Translations under genes and position numbers: made by a program
DNA from: Rhodospirillaceae bacterium
Lineage (GTDB): Bacteria; Pseudomonadota; Alphaproteobacteria; CACIAM-22H2
Direction of reading: 5' to 3'
Assembly (NCBI GenBank): GCA_022843945.1
Contig: JALHMR010000023.1
Coordinates: 7,941 to 71,940 of the forward strand
DNA length: 64,000 nucleotides
Part shown: positions 9,191 through 19,400 of the stretch, piece by piece
Layout: each line of letters starts with the position of its first letter
Numbering within the stretch: position 1 is the first letter of the stretch
Notes under the pieces: model-generated
Database searches by the model: none
Told to the model about the DNA's origin: nothing
What the model saw: the letters and a program-made list of their open reading frames with translations, nothing else

Positions 9191-10057
9191 CTAGACCGGC
9201 ACATCGCCTTTTACAACGGTGCGATGGATAACGCGGCGTTCCCCCGCCGCATCATATTCGGTAGCCCGGTGCATGGTGCAGCGATTATCCCATATCACCA
9301 CGTCGCCGCTCTGCCAGGTGTTGCGGTAGACGAACTGCTCCTGCGTCGCGTGCGCCATGAGCTCGTCGAGTAGCGCACGACCCTCGTCCACCGGCATCCC
9401 CTCCATATGCGATACGTGGTGGCTGATATAGAGCAGCTTGCGGCCCGTGTCCGGATGGGTGCGCACCAAGGGATGGTCGACCGGCGGCGCCTCGGCCCGC
9501 TGCGCCGGGGTCATCGGCGGCTCCCCCGCGCGGGTGCGCGAATAATCGAGGTCGTGGACGGCGCGCACCCCGGCGATCCGCCGCTTCATGGTTTCCGGCA
9601 GCGCCTCGTAGGCGGCGACCATGTCGGCGAACAGGGTCTCGCCCCCGCGGCGCGGCACCTCGATCCCGTAAAGAATGGTCGCCAGGGCCGGGCGGCGCTG
9701 GAACGAGAGGTCTGAGTGCCAGACCAATGTGCCACGATCCGGGTGCCGGCCGGTGGTCCGGCCGGTCTTGTCGACATTGGACAGGACGTAGATCTCGGGG
9801 TGCTGCGGATGGCGGAACTGGTCAAGGACATGGATCTGTAAGTCACCGAGGCACCGGCTGAAGGCCACCTGCTGCGCTTCGCTCAGCCGCTGAGCCGGGA
9901 AGCGCAGCAGCTTGTGCGTATGGAAGGCGGCCTGGATGGCGGACAACACGACATCGGTCAACGGCCGCGACAAGTCGACGCCGCGTACCTCGCCTCCCAT
10001 GAGAGAGGAGATCGGTGTGACGGCAATCCCGCTGACAGCCGGCCGGACCGCGACCAT
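9191..10057 (-). CDS. TauD/TfdA-family Fe(II)/2-oxoglutarate dioxygenase
   Basis: 288 aa with the HSD facial-triad motif (WHSDLSF), a distal H (CTMHRA) and overall TauD-like sequence. Confidence 0.85.
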   Translation of the reverse strand: MVAVRPAVSGIAVTPISSLMGGEVRGVDLSRPLTDVVLSAIQAAFHTHKLLRFPAQRLSEAQQVAFSRCLGDLQIHVLDQFRHPQHPEIYVLSNVDKTGRTTGRHPDRGTLVWHSDLSFQRRPALATILYGIEVPRRGGETLFADMVAAYEALPETMKRRIAGVRAVHDLDYSRTRAGEPPMTPAQRAEAPPVDHPLVRTHPDTGRKLLYISHHVSHMEGMPVDEGRALLDELMAHATQEQFVYRNTWQSGDVVIWDNRCTMHRATEYDAAGERRVIHRTVVKGDVPV

Positions 10058-10208
10058 GGCCCATACTAGCGCCGGGGGCGTTCAATCTGAACGGCCTTTG
10101 AAGGGGTGAAATTCCTGCTCGCTTGCGGGCCGCTTTTAGCTAAACTCGAAAATTCAAGGGATCAGGGGCGTTCAAAGCCCCGGTCGTGGACAGTCAAGGG
10201 AGGAACCT

Positions 10209-11300
10209 ATGACGATCTTTCGCCCCGCTCGCATGCTTGGGGCCGCGTTGGCTTTGTCCGCTGCGGTCCTGCCTGGTACGGCTCCGGCCGCCGATTTCGC
10301 CGGCAAGACGATCGAATGGACGATCCCGTTTTCGACCGGTGGCGGTTCGGACGTCTGGGCGCGTTTCTTCGCGCCGCTGATTGCCGCCGAGCTGCCCGGC
10401 AAACCAACCATCGTGGTCAAGAACGTGGGCGGCGGCGGCTCCATCACCGGCACCAATCAGTTCTTCACCCGGGCCAAGCCCGACGGCCTGTCGATCCTGG
10501 GGACGTCTGCCACGACCCAGTTCCCCTACATGCTCGACGATCCGCGGGTGCGCTACGACTACAAAAACCTCATCCCGATCATGCTGTCGCCGACCGGCGG
10601 CGTGGTCTACGTCAACCCGAGCCTCGGCGCCAAGGATGCGCGCGACATCGGCAAGATGAAGGGCAAGGAGATGAAGTACGGCAGCCAGGGGCCGACCTCG
10701 CTCGATCTCGTGCCGCTTCTCGCCTTCGAGCTCCTGGAACTCGACGTCAAGCCGGTGTTCGGCATGCAGGGCCGCGGCGACGGCCGGCTGGCCTTCGAGC
10801 GCGGCGAAGCGCTGATTGATTACCAGACTTCGTCGGCCTATCTGCGCAACGTCGTGCCGCTGGTCAAGCAGGGCAAGGCGGTGCCGCTGTTCTCCTGGGG
10901 CATCATCGATGACAACGGCGCCTTCGCCCGCGACCCCACGTTCCCGGAGCTGCCGCATTTCGTCGAAGCCTATGAGCAGGCGTACGGCAAGAAACCCTCG
11001 GGGCCGGCCTTCGACGCCTTCAAGTCGTTCGTGATCGCCGGCTACGCGGCGCAGAAGCCGCTTTTCCTGCCCAAGGGCACATCGAAGGACATCGTCGACG
11101 CCTATGTCGCGGCGATCCAGAAAGTCGTCAGCGCGCCGGATTTCAAGGACCGGGCCGGCGACGAGATCGGCGAGTACAAGCAGCAGGCCGGCGTTACGGC
11201 AGAGCGGACGCTCAACGCCGCGCTCGACATCAATCCGGCGGCCAAGGCCTGGGTGAAGAACTGGCTGACCACCAAGTACAACGTCAAGCTCGGAAACTGA
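10209..11300 (+). CDS. tctC: Tripartite tricarboxylate transporter substrate-binding protein (TctC/Bug family)
   Basis: 363 aa with a signal peptide ending AAD. The Bug-family core is PFSTGGGSDVWARFF...VKNVGGGGS. AAGGGAGG RBS. It is followed by the TTT permease gene. Confidence 0.85.
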   Translation: MTIFRPARMLGAALALSAAVLPGTAPAADFAGKTIEWTIPFSTGGGSDVWARFFAPLIAAELPGKPTIVVKNVGGGGSITGTNQFFTRAKPDGLSILGTSATTQFPYMLDDPRVRYDYKNLIPIMLSPTGGVVYVNPSLGAKDARDIGKMKGKEMKYGSQGPTSLDLVPLLAFELLELDVKPVFGMQGRGDGRLAFERGEALIDYQTSSAYLRNVVPLVKQGKAVPLFSWGIIDDNGAFARDPTFPELPHFVEAYEQAYGKKPSGPAFDAFKSFVIAGYAAQKPLFLPKGTSKDIVDAYVAAIQKVVSAPDFKDRAGDEIGEYKQQAGVTAERTLNAALDINPAAKAWVKNWLTTKYNVKLGN

Positions 11301-11356
11301 TCGTCTGATCGGCGGCGGGCCGGCCGGCCCGCCGGGTCCTCCTGCCGGCTGTCCCC

Positions 11357-13318
11357 GTGATCGATATCATCCTCTCTGCCCTGGTCAACCTGCTGACCGG
11401 ATGGCATCTCTTCTACATGATGGTCGGCGTTTTCGTCGGCCTGATCATTGGCATCCTTCCGGGCCTGGGCAGCATCGCGGGCATGTCGATCCTGCTGCCG
11501 TTCATCTACGGCATGGATCCGGTTTCTGCCCTCGGCATGCTCATCGGCCTGCTGGCTGTGGTACCGACCGGGGATACCTTCACGTCGGTCCTGATGGGCA
11601 TTCCGGGCGGTGCCGCCTCACAGGCGACGATTCTCGACGGCTTCCCGATGGCCAAGCGCGGCGAAGCGGCACGAGCCTTGTCGGCGGCGTTCTTCTCATC
11701 GATGGTCGGCGGTCTGGTAGGCGCTGTCGTGCTGTCCGTCTTCGTCGTCATCGCGCGACCGATCATCCTGGCGTTTTCCTCCGGCGAGCTGTTCATGCTC
11801 ACCGTCCTCGGCCTCAGCATGGTCGGGGTTCTGGCAGGCACGAGCCTCATCAAAGGGCTTCTCGCCTGCGGCTTCGGGCTGCTGCTGGGTTCGGTCGGGG
11901 CCGCGCCCGCGACCAGCGAGTGGCGGCTGGTGCTTGGCACCGACTATCTGATCGACGGCATCCCGATCGTGGTCATCGCGCTCGGCATCTTTGCCATTCC
12001 CGAGATCGTCGATCTGCTGCGCCAAAACAAGGCGATCGCCGCCGCCAGCCGCCTCGGGACCGGCTGGCTTCAGGGCATCCGCGACACATTCACCCATTGG
12101 GGTCTCGTGATGCGCTGCTCGGCGATCGGCTGCATCATCGGTGCCATGCCCGGCCTCGGCGGCTCGGTCGCCGACTGGCTGGCCTACGGCCACGTCGTCC
12201 AGATTGCCAAGGACAAATCGCAGTTCGGCAAGGGCGACGTCCGCGGCGTTTTGGCGCCGGAATCGGCGAACAACTCGGTGCAGGGCGGAGCGCTGATCCC
12301 GACCCTTCTGTTCGGCATCCCCGGCTCCGGCAGCACGGCGATCTTTCTCGGCGGCATGATCCTTCTCGGCATGCAGCCGGGCATCACCATGGTCGAGACC
12401 CGGCTCGATCTCGTCTACACGATCATCTGGTCGCTGGCGATCGCCAACGTCCTGGGCGCCGGGCTGTGCATTCTGATCTCGCCCTTCGTCGCCCGCCTGA
12501 CGACCCTGCCTTACGTCTACGTCGCGCCTTTCATGCTGATGATCATCTTCTTCGCCGCCTACCAGGCGACGACGAACTGGGGTGACATCGTCACGCTGCT
12601 GGCGATCGGCGTACTGGGTATCTACATGCGCCGCTTCGGCTGGCCGCGGCCGCCGCTGCTGATCGGCTTTGTGCTGGCGAAGGGTGCGGAAACCTACCTT
12701 TACCAGGCGATCCAGTTTCACGAATGGGCGTGGCTCTGGCGGCCAGGGGTGCTGATTATAGCGGCGTTTACGATCGTCTCGATCTGGGTCGGAACGCGCT
12801 TCGGGCGCACGGGCATCGATGAAGGGGGCGAGACCGGACGGGTCCGCGACACCCGGCCTCAGCTCCTGTTCGGCGCCTTTGTCGCCATTGCCTTCGCCTA
12901 TGGCATTTACGATTCGCTGCAGCATTCCTACCTGGCCAAGATCTTTCCACTTGGTCTGTCGATCTCCGCGCTGGCGGGGTCTCTCGTCGTTCTGGCCCTG
13001 GTGCAGTGGGGGCCGACGGCCGGCTCATCGGTCTTTGACACGGAGGCCGACACGCCGCCGGGCATGCGGTCGATGGAGTATTACCTGGCGTGGCTGCTCG
13101 GACTGATGGCTGTCAGCGCCGTGACCGGATTCCTGATCGGCCTGGGCTTGTTCTTCGTCGTGTTTCTGCATGTCGAGGCGCGGGCGCCTCTCTGGCGCAA
13201 CGCAGTCCTGACCGCATCGGCGATGCTGTTCCTGATCGGGATGGCCTATATCTTCGTGCTCGACTTCCCCGGCGGCCTGCTACAGGACCTCGTCGACATG
13301 CCCTGGCCCTTGAGGTAG
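11357..13318 (+). CDS. tctA: Tripartite tricarboxylate transporter permease, TctA domain fused to a C-terminal TctB-like 4-TM module
   Basis: 653 aa with a GTG start. The first ~480 aa are TctA-like (GILPGLGSIAGMSILLPF...). The last ~150 aa form four more hydrophobic helices resembling TctB. No separate tctB gene is present. Confidence 0.8.
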   Translation: MIDIILSALVNLLTGWHLFYMMVGVFVGLIIGILPGLGSIAGMSILLPFIYGMDPVSALGMLIGLLAVVPTGDTFTSVLMGIPGGAASQATILDGFPMAKRGEAARALSAAFFSSMVGGLVGAVVLSVFVVIARPIILAFSSGELFMLTVLGLSMVGVLAGTSLIKGLLACGFGLLLGSVGAAPATSEWRLVLGTDYLIDGIPIVVIALGIFAIPEIVDLLRQNKAIAAASRLGTGWLQGIRDTFTHWGLVMRCSAIGCIIGAMPGLGGSVADWLAYGHVVQIAKDKSQFGKGDVRGVLAPESANNSVQGGALIPTLLFGIPGSGSTAIFLGGMILLGMQPGITMVETRLDLVYTIIWSLAIANVLGAGLCILISPFVARLTTLPYVYVAPFMLMIIFFAAYQATTNWGDIVTLLAIGVLGIYMRRFGWPRPPLLIGFVLAKGAETYLYQAIQFHEWAWLWRPGVLIIAAFTIVSIWVGTRFGRTGIDEGGETGRVRDTRPQLLFGAFVAIAFAYGIYDSLQHSYLAKIFPLGLSISALAGSLVVLALVQWGPTAGSSVFDTEADTPPGMRSMEYYLAWLLGLMAVSAVTGFLIGLGLFFVVFLHVEARAPLWRNAVLTASAMLFLIGMAYIFVLDFPGGLLQDLVDMPWPLR

Positions 13319-13322
13319 AGCC

Positions 13323-14441
13323 TCACTCTGCCGCTGCGGCGCGCGTCTTCGCTTGCTTTCCGGCCCACACCGATTGCGGCACGAGGATGCTTCCCTCGAA
13401 CAGCCGGCGCGCCGTGCGGATGAACGCAGCGCGGCGGATATCGGGCTTCTCGGCCGTGCCGTGGAACTCGAATTCCGTGCCGAGCTTGCCCGAGGGGTGC
13501 TCGATGATGATGGTGCGGCGCGGGCCCGGCGGCAGGACGGCGATGCCTTCGGCAACCGTGCCGGGGATGACGCAGGCCGCGGCGAGGCACAGACCACCGG
13601 TCACCGCGTGGGTGGCGTGGCAGTTCTGCGGCACGAAATAGCGCGAGGTAATGGCGCCGCCGTCCCGTGGCGGGGCGATCAGGCAGAATTTCGGCACGAC
13701 CTTGCCGGTGGCATCGCCCATGCCCATGAGCACCGAGGCCTTCAGCCGAACGGCCTCCATGCGCGCCAGCATGTCCTTGTCGGCGTCGAGCTCGGCCTTG
13801 GTCTCGGTGCCGGTCTTGCCGAACGCCTCGGCGCGCGCCACGACCATGGGCATGGCCACGTCGACGCAGGAGACGGCGATGCCGTCGATCATGTCGAGCG
13901 GCTTGCCGGTAGGTAGCAGCTTGCCGGTCTTCGAGCCGACGGCGCTGACGAAGTTGAGCGAGATGGGGGCTGCCGTGCCCGGCACGCCGTCGATCGCCGT
14001 GTCGCCGTCATAGGTGACGAGGCCGCCGGGGGTGCGGACCACGGCGTGGACGATGGCGTTGGTATTGACGTTGAAGATCCGGACGATGGTCTCGCCGTCG
14101 CTCGCCTTGACCAGTCCTGATTCGATGGCGAACGGGCCCACGCCCGAGATGATGTTGCCGCAGTTCGGATTGGTGTCGACGAAGGCTTTCTCGATGCTCA
14201 CCTGGGCGAACAGGTAGTCGACGTCGGCGTCGGGCCGAGCCGACTTGCTGACCATCGCCACCTTGCTGGTCAGCGTATCGGCGCCGCCCACGCCGTCGAT
14301 CTGGCGTTTGTCCGGCGAGCCCATGGCGGCGAGCAGCACCTTGTCGCGCGTCGGGACGTCGTCCGGCAGGTCGGAGGTCAGGAAATAGGGGCCCTTCGAG
14401 GTGCCGCCGCGCATCAGGACGCAGGGGATACGGGTCTGCAT
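13323..14441 (-). CDS. PrpF-family isomerase (4-oxalomesaconate tautomerase / aconitate isomerase-like)
   Basis: Start at ATG 14441 within ORF 13323..14825. The N-terminus MQTRIPCVLMRGGTSKGPYFL is the PrpF/GalD/LigU family hallmark. 372 aa. Confidence 0.8.
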   Translation of the reverse strand: MQTRIPCVLMRGGTSKGPYFLTSDLPDDVPTRDKVLLAAMGSPDKRQIDGVGGADTLTSKVAMVSKSARPDADVDYLFAQVSIEKAFVDTNPNCGNIISGVGPFAIESGLVKASDGETIVRIFNVNTNAIVHAVVRTPGGLVTYDGDTAIDGVPGTAAPISLNFVSAVGSKTGKLLPTGKPLDMIDGIAVSCVDVAMPMVVARAEAFGKTGTETKAELDADKDMLARMEAVRLKASVLMGMGDATGKVVPKFCLIAPPRDGGAITSRYFVPQNCHATHAVTGGLCLAAACVIPGTVAEGIAVLPPGPRRTIIIEHPSGKLGTEFEFHGTAEKPDIRRAAFIRTARRLFEGSILVPQSVWAGKQAKTRAAAAE

Positions 14442-14452
14442 TTGTGTCGCCT

Positions 14453-15334
14453 TCAGTTCGGGAAAAACTTCATGAACCAGTCGTAGAGGCCGTCGGGTGC
14501 CTCTTCGGAGACATAGTGGCCGCAGGGCAGCGGTCCGCCGGTCAGGTTCTCGGCGTAGTCGCTCCAGATCTTCAGAAGGTCGCCGTAGACCGTGCCGGTG
14601 TGGCTGCGCCCGCCCCAGACGACCAGGGCCGGCATCTTGATCTTGTGGCCGGCCTTGCGGTCGGCGGTGTCCATGTCGAGGTCGCAGGTGGCGCAGGCGC
14701 GGTAGTCGTAGCAGCTGCCGCGGATCGTCTTCTCGTTGAAGCAGCGCACATACTCGGCGAAGGCTTCCGGATCGAAGAAGCCGAGGCCGATGCCGGGCTT
14801 CGACAGCTTGCGCTCCATGTACCACTGCGCCGGTACCGAGCCCATCATGCGCTCCGGCAGGTCGGGTGGCTGGGCCATGAACAGCCAGTGCCAGGACTTC
14901 ATCGCCCAGTTCTTCGAGGCGTTGGTCCAGATGTGGTAGTTGGGCAGGATGTCGACGATGGCGACCTTCTTCACCCGCTGGGGATGGTCGACCGCCATGC
15001 GGTGCGCCACGCGGGCCCCGCGGTCCTGGCCGGCGACGAAGAACTCCTTGTAGCCGAGCTTCTCCATCACCTCGACCTGGTCCTGGGCCATGGCCCGGAA
15101 CGAGTAGTTGATGTTGTTCTCGCCCGGCTCGGGCGCCGAACTGTCGCCGTAACCCCGCAGGTCGGCGGCCACGACATGGAAGTCCTTGGCCAGACGATTG
15201 GCGATCCGGTGCCAGATGCAGTGGGTCTGGGGGTTGCCGTGCAGCAGGAGGAGCGGCGGCCCCTTGCCGCCGTGGCGCAGATGGATGCGGGCGCCGCTGG
15301 TATCGATATCCGTACGCGTGAAGCCTTCGAACAT
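14453..15334 (-). CDS. Alpha/beta hydrolase, haloacetate (fluoroacetate) dehalogenase-like
   Basis: 293 aa. It contains LLLLHGNPQTH, GQDRGARVAHR (nucleophile Asp followed by the RxxR pair), SWHWLF, CYDYRA and CGHYVSEE. These match the catalytic and halide-pocket pattern of haloacetate dehalogenases as I recall them. Confidence 0.75.
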   Translation of the reverse strand: MFEGFTRTDIDTSGARIHLRHGGKGPPLLLLHGNPQTHCIWHRIANRLAKDFHVVAADLRGYGDSSAPEPGENNINYSFRAMAQDQVEVMEKLGYKEFFVAGQDRGARVAHRMAVDHPQRVKKVAIVDILPNYHIWTNASKNWAMKSWHWLFMAQPPDLPERMMGSVPAQWYMERKLSKPGIGLGFFDPEAFAEYVRCFNEKTIRGSCYDYRACATCDLDMDTADRKAGHKIKMPALVVWGGRSHTGTVYGDLLKIWSDYAENLTGGPLPCGHYVSEEAPDGLYDWFMKFFPN

Positions 15335-15411
15335 GCTTTTCCTCGCTTGTCTGGGCGCGAATTTAACAGAAACGCGCCGGCGTGTAATATCCCGGCCCCA
15401 CAGGAGTACGC

Positions 15412-16488
15412 ATGGTCATGAAGCTTATGGTGCTGCCGGGCGACGGTATCGGCCCGGAAATCACGGCGGTGACAGTCGAGGTCCTGCAGGCGGCCGACAA
15501 GGCCTTCGGCCTGGGCCTGCGTTTCGAGAGCGCGGAAATCGGCTTTGCCACGCTGAAAAGCCACGGCACCACTCTGCGGCCGGAGGTCAAGGAAGCGGCC
15601 GCGGCCGCCGACGGCGTGATTCTGGGCCCGGTCTCCCACAACGACTACCCGCCGCGCGCCGAGGGTGGGATCAATCCCTCGGGCGAGTTGCGTATCGCCT
15701 TCGACCTCTACGCCAATATCCGGCCGAGCCGGGCGCGGCCCGGCCTGGCGCGCACCCCGCACGCCATGGACCTAGTGATCGTGCGCGAGAACACCGAAGG
15801 CTTCTATGCCGACCGCAACATGTTCATGGGCATCGGCGAGTTCATGCCGGATGAGAACATGGCGCTCGCCGTGCGCAAGATCACGGCCAAGGCCAGCGAG
15901 CGCATCGCGCGCGCCGCCTTCGAGCTGGCCCGCACCCGGCGCAAGCATGTGACCGTGGTGCACAAGGCCAACGTGCTGCGCATCTCCGACGGCTTGTTCC
16001 TGCGCGAGACGCGCAAGGTGGCTCAGCAGTTTCCCGACGTGACGATGAACGAGGTGATCATCGACGCTATGGCGGCGCTGCTGATCCGCGACCCGTCGAA
16101 GTTCGACGTGGTCGTCACCACCAACATGTACGGTGACATCCTGTCGGACGAGGCGGCGGAGCTCTCGGGCAGCCTCGGACTGGGCGGCAGCATCAACCGC
16201 AGCGACACGCGGGCGCTCGCCCAGGCGCAGCACGGCTCCGCCCCGGACATAGCCAACCAGGACAAAGCCAACCCGACCTCGCTGATCCTCTCGGCGGCGA
16301 TGCTGCTCGACTGGCTCGGCCACAAGCATGCCAAGCCGGCGCTGGGCAAGGCCGGGGCGACGATCACCGCGGCGGTCGATGCCGTCCTGCTCGAGCCGGC
16401 CCGCCGCACGCCGGATCTCGGCGGCAAGTCGGGAACCCGGGGCTTCACGGCCGCGGTCATCGAGGAATTCGGCAAGCGGGCGCGTTGA
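15412..16488 (+). CDS. Isocitrate/isopropylmalate dehydrogenase family protein (tartrate/D-malate/IPM dehydrogenase-like)
   Basis: 358 aa with LPGDGIGPE, VRENTEGFY and NMYGDILSDE motifs diagnostic of the beta-decarboxylating dehydrogenase family. AGGAG RBS. Confidence 0.85.
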   Translation: MVMKLMVLPGDGIGPEITAVTVEVLQAADKAFGLGLRFESAEIGFATLKSHGTTLRPEVKEAAAAADGVILGPVSHNDYPPRAEGGINPSGELRIAFDLYANIRPSRARPGLARTPHAMDLVIVRENTEGFYADRNMFMGIGEFMPDENMALAVRKITAKASERIARAAFELARTRRKHVTVVHKANVLRISDGLFLRETRKVAQQFPDVTMNEVIIDAMAALLIRDPSKFDVVVTTNMYGDILSDEAAELSGSLGLGGSINRSDTRALAQAQHGSAPDIANQDKANPTSLILSAAMLLDWLGHKHAKPALGKAGATITAAVDAVLLEPARRTPDLGGKSGTRGFTAAVIEEFGKRAR

Positions 16489-16490
16489 CC

Positions 16491-19400
16491 ATGATCTTTG
16501 CGGCAACGCCACCGGCGGTCGACGCCACGCGCAAGCGCCTGCGCGCCGCCTTCCTGGCCGACGAGGGCCAGATCGTGCGCGGCCTCGCCGAGGCCGCTGG
16601 GCTGGATGCGAAGGCCCGCGCGGCGATCAAGGCCGACGCCACGAAGCTGGTGGCCGAGGTGCGGGCCCGCCCGGCGCCGGCGCTGGGCATCGAGACCCTG
16701 CTGCAGGAATACGAACTCAGCACCGCCGAGGGCATCGCCCTCATGTGCTTGGCCGAGGCGCTGCTGCGCATCCCCGACGCCGACACCGCCAACCGGCTGA
16801 TCCGCGACAAGCTGGCGCATGCCGACTGGGAGAAGCACTCAGGCAACAGTCCGTCGGTGCTGGTCAATGCCGCGACCTGGGGGCTGGCGCTGACCGGGCG
16901 GCTGCTGCGCGAGGAGGACCTGGGACAGGCCGGCCTGTCGGCGGCGCTGCTGCGCATCGTGGCCCGCCAGAGCGAGCCGCTGATGCGCGAGGCCATGGAA
17001 GCCGCCATGCGCATCATGGGCCGCCAGTTCGTCATGGGCCGGACCATCGACGAGGCGCTGAAGCGGGCCGGCGAAGGGACGGAATGGCGCTATTCCTTCG
17101 ACATGCTCGGCGAGGCGGCGCGCACCGCCGCCGATGCAGCGCGCTATCTCGAAGCCTATCACCGCGCCATCGAGGCGATTGGCCGCGCCTCGGGCGACAA
17201 AGGACCTTTCGCCGCCAACGGCATCTCGATCAAGCTGTCGGCGCTCCATCCCCGCTACGAGTTCGCGCAAGGCGAGCGGGTGATGAAGGAGCTGGTGCCG
17301 CGCCTCGTCGGTCTCGCCGAGGCGGCGAAGCGCTGGGATATCGGCTTGACCATCGACGCCGAGGAAGCCGACCGGCTGGAGCTGTCGATGGATGTGATCG
17401 CCGCGGCATTGGCCCAGCCCTCGCTCGGCGGCTGGGACGGGTTCGGCCTCGCCATCCAGGGCTATCAGAAACGCACCCTGCCGCTGATCGACTGGCTGAT
17501 CGAGACGGCTCGTTCACGCAGGCGGCGGCTGATGGTGCGGCTGGTCAAGGGCGCGTATTGGGATGCCGAGATCAAGCGCGGACAGGAGCGGGGCCTCGCC
17601 GGCTATCCGGTGTTCACCCGCAAGGCGTGGACCGACCTGTCGTACCTGGCGAGCGCGCGCCGGCTGCTGTCGGCGCCCGATGCCCTCTATCCGCAATTCG
17701 CCACCCACAACGCGCACACGCTCGCGGCGATGCATCGGCTGGCCGGCGGCAAGGGCGAGTTCGAGTTCCAGCGCCTGCACGGCATGGGCGAATCCCTGCA
17801 CCGGGTGGCGGCCGAGCTGCTGCAGCCCAGCCGGCCGTGCCGCGTCTACTGCCCGGTCGGCAGCCACGAAGATCTGCTGCCTTACCTCGTGCGCCGCCTG
17901 CTGGAGAACGGAGCCAACACCTCCTTCGTGCACAAAGTTTCCGATCCACGCACACCGATGAGCAAGGTGGTCGAGGACCCACTCGACGCGCTGGCAGCGC
18001 GCGGGTCCACTCCGCATCCGAAGATCCCGCTGCCGCGCGACCTCTATGGCAATCGGCCTAACAGCGTGGGAATCGATTTCAGCGACATGAACGAGCTGGC
18101 GCGCCTGGCCGCCGACATGACGCGCGCCCGCGGTCAATCCTGGCAGGCGGCGCCGCTGGTGGGCGGCAGGCCGCTGCAAGGACCGGCACAGGACCGCGTC
18201 GAACCGGCCAATCGCACGCGCGCCCTGGGCAAGGTGGTGGAGGCGACTGCGGTGCAGGCGGACCAGGCCCTGGCGGCGGCCGCTGCCGCGCAGCCGGGCT
18301 GGGATGCGCGGGGTGTGGAGGCGCGCGCTGCGGCCCTCGATCGCGCTGCCGAGCTGTTCGAGAAGAACCGCGCCGGGCTGATCGCGCGCATCGTCGCCGA
18401 GGGCGGGCGCACCGTGCCCGACGCCCTGATGGAGGTGCGCGAGGCCGTTGATTTCCTGCGTTACTACGCGGTCGAGGCGCGCCGCCATTTTGCTTCTGCT
18501 GAACTGAGCGGGCCGACGGGCGAGCGCAATACCCTGAACCTCCACGGCCGCGGCGTGTTCCTGGGCATCAGCCCGTGGAACTTCCCGCTGGCCATCTTCA
18601 CCGGCCAGATCGCCGCAGCGCTGGTCGCCGGCAACGCGGTGATCGCCAAACCGGCGGAGCAGACGCCGCTGGTCGGCGCGGAAGCCGTACGCCTGTTGCA
18701 CGAGGCCGGTGTCGATCCGACGGCGCTGCACTTCCTGCCGGGCGACGGCAAGCTGGGCGCGCACCTGGTGAAGGACCGGCGCGTGGCGGGCGTGGCCTTC
18801 ACCGGCTCGACCCAGACGGCCTGGGCGATCAACCGGGCGCTGGCGGCGCGCGACGCGCCGATCGCCAGCCTGATCGCCGAGACCGGCGGCCAGAATGCCA
18901 TGATTGTCGATTCCTCCGCCCTGCCGGAGCAGGTGGTGGCCGACGTGCTGGCCTCGTCGTTCAACAGCGCCGGGCAGCGCTGCTCGGCCCTGCGTGTGCT
19001 CTGCGTGCAGGAGGACATCGCCGACAAGGTCGAGACCATGCTGGCCGGGGCTTTGGACGAGCTGCGTATTGGCGAGCCGCAGTACCTGTCCACCGATGTC
19101 GGGCCGGTGATCGATGCCGAGGCGCGGGCGATGCTGGAAGGCCATGTCGCCCGGCTGCGGCGCGCGGCCCGGCCGATCCGCGAGCTGGCGTTGCCCAAGG
19201 ACCTGCCGCCCGGCGAGTATGTCGCGCCGGCGGCCTTTGGCATCGACACCATCGCTTTCCTCGAGGGCGAGGTGTTCGGCCCGGTGCTGCACGTGGTGCG
19301 CTATTCGGCGGACAGGCTCGATGCGATCCTCGACGCGATCAACGCCACCGGCTTCGGCCTGACCCTGGGCATCCACAGCCGCATCGACGATACGATCGAG

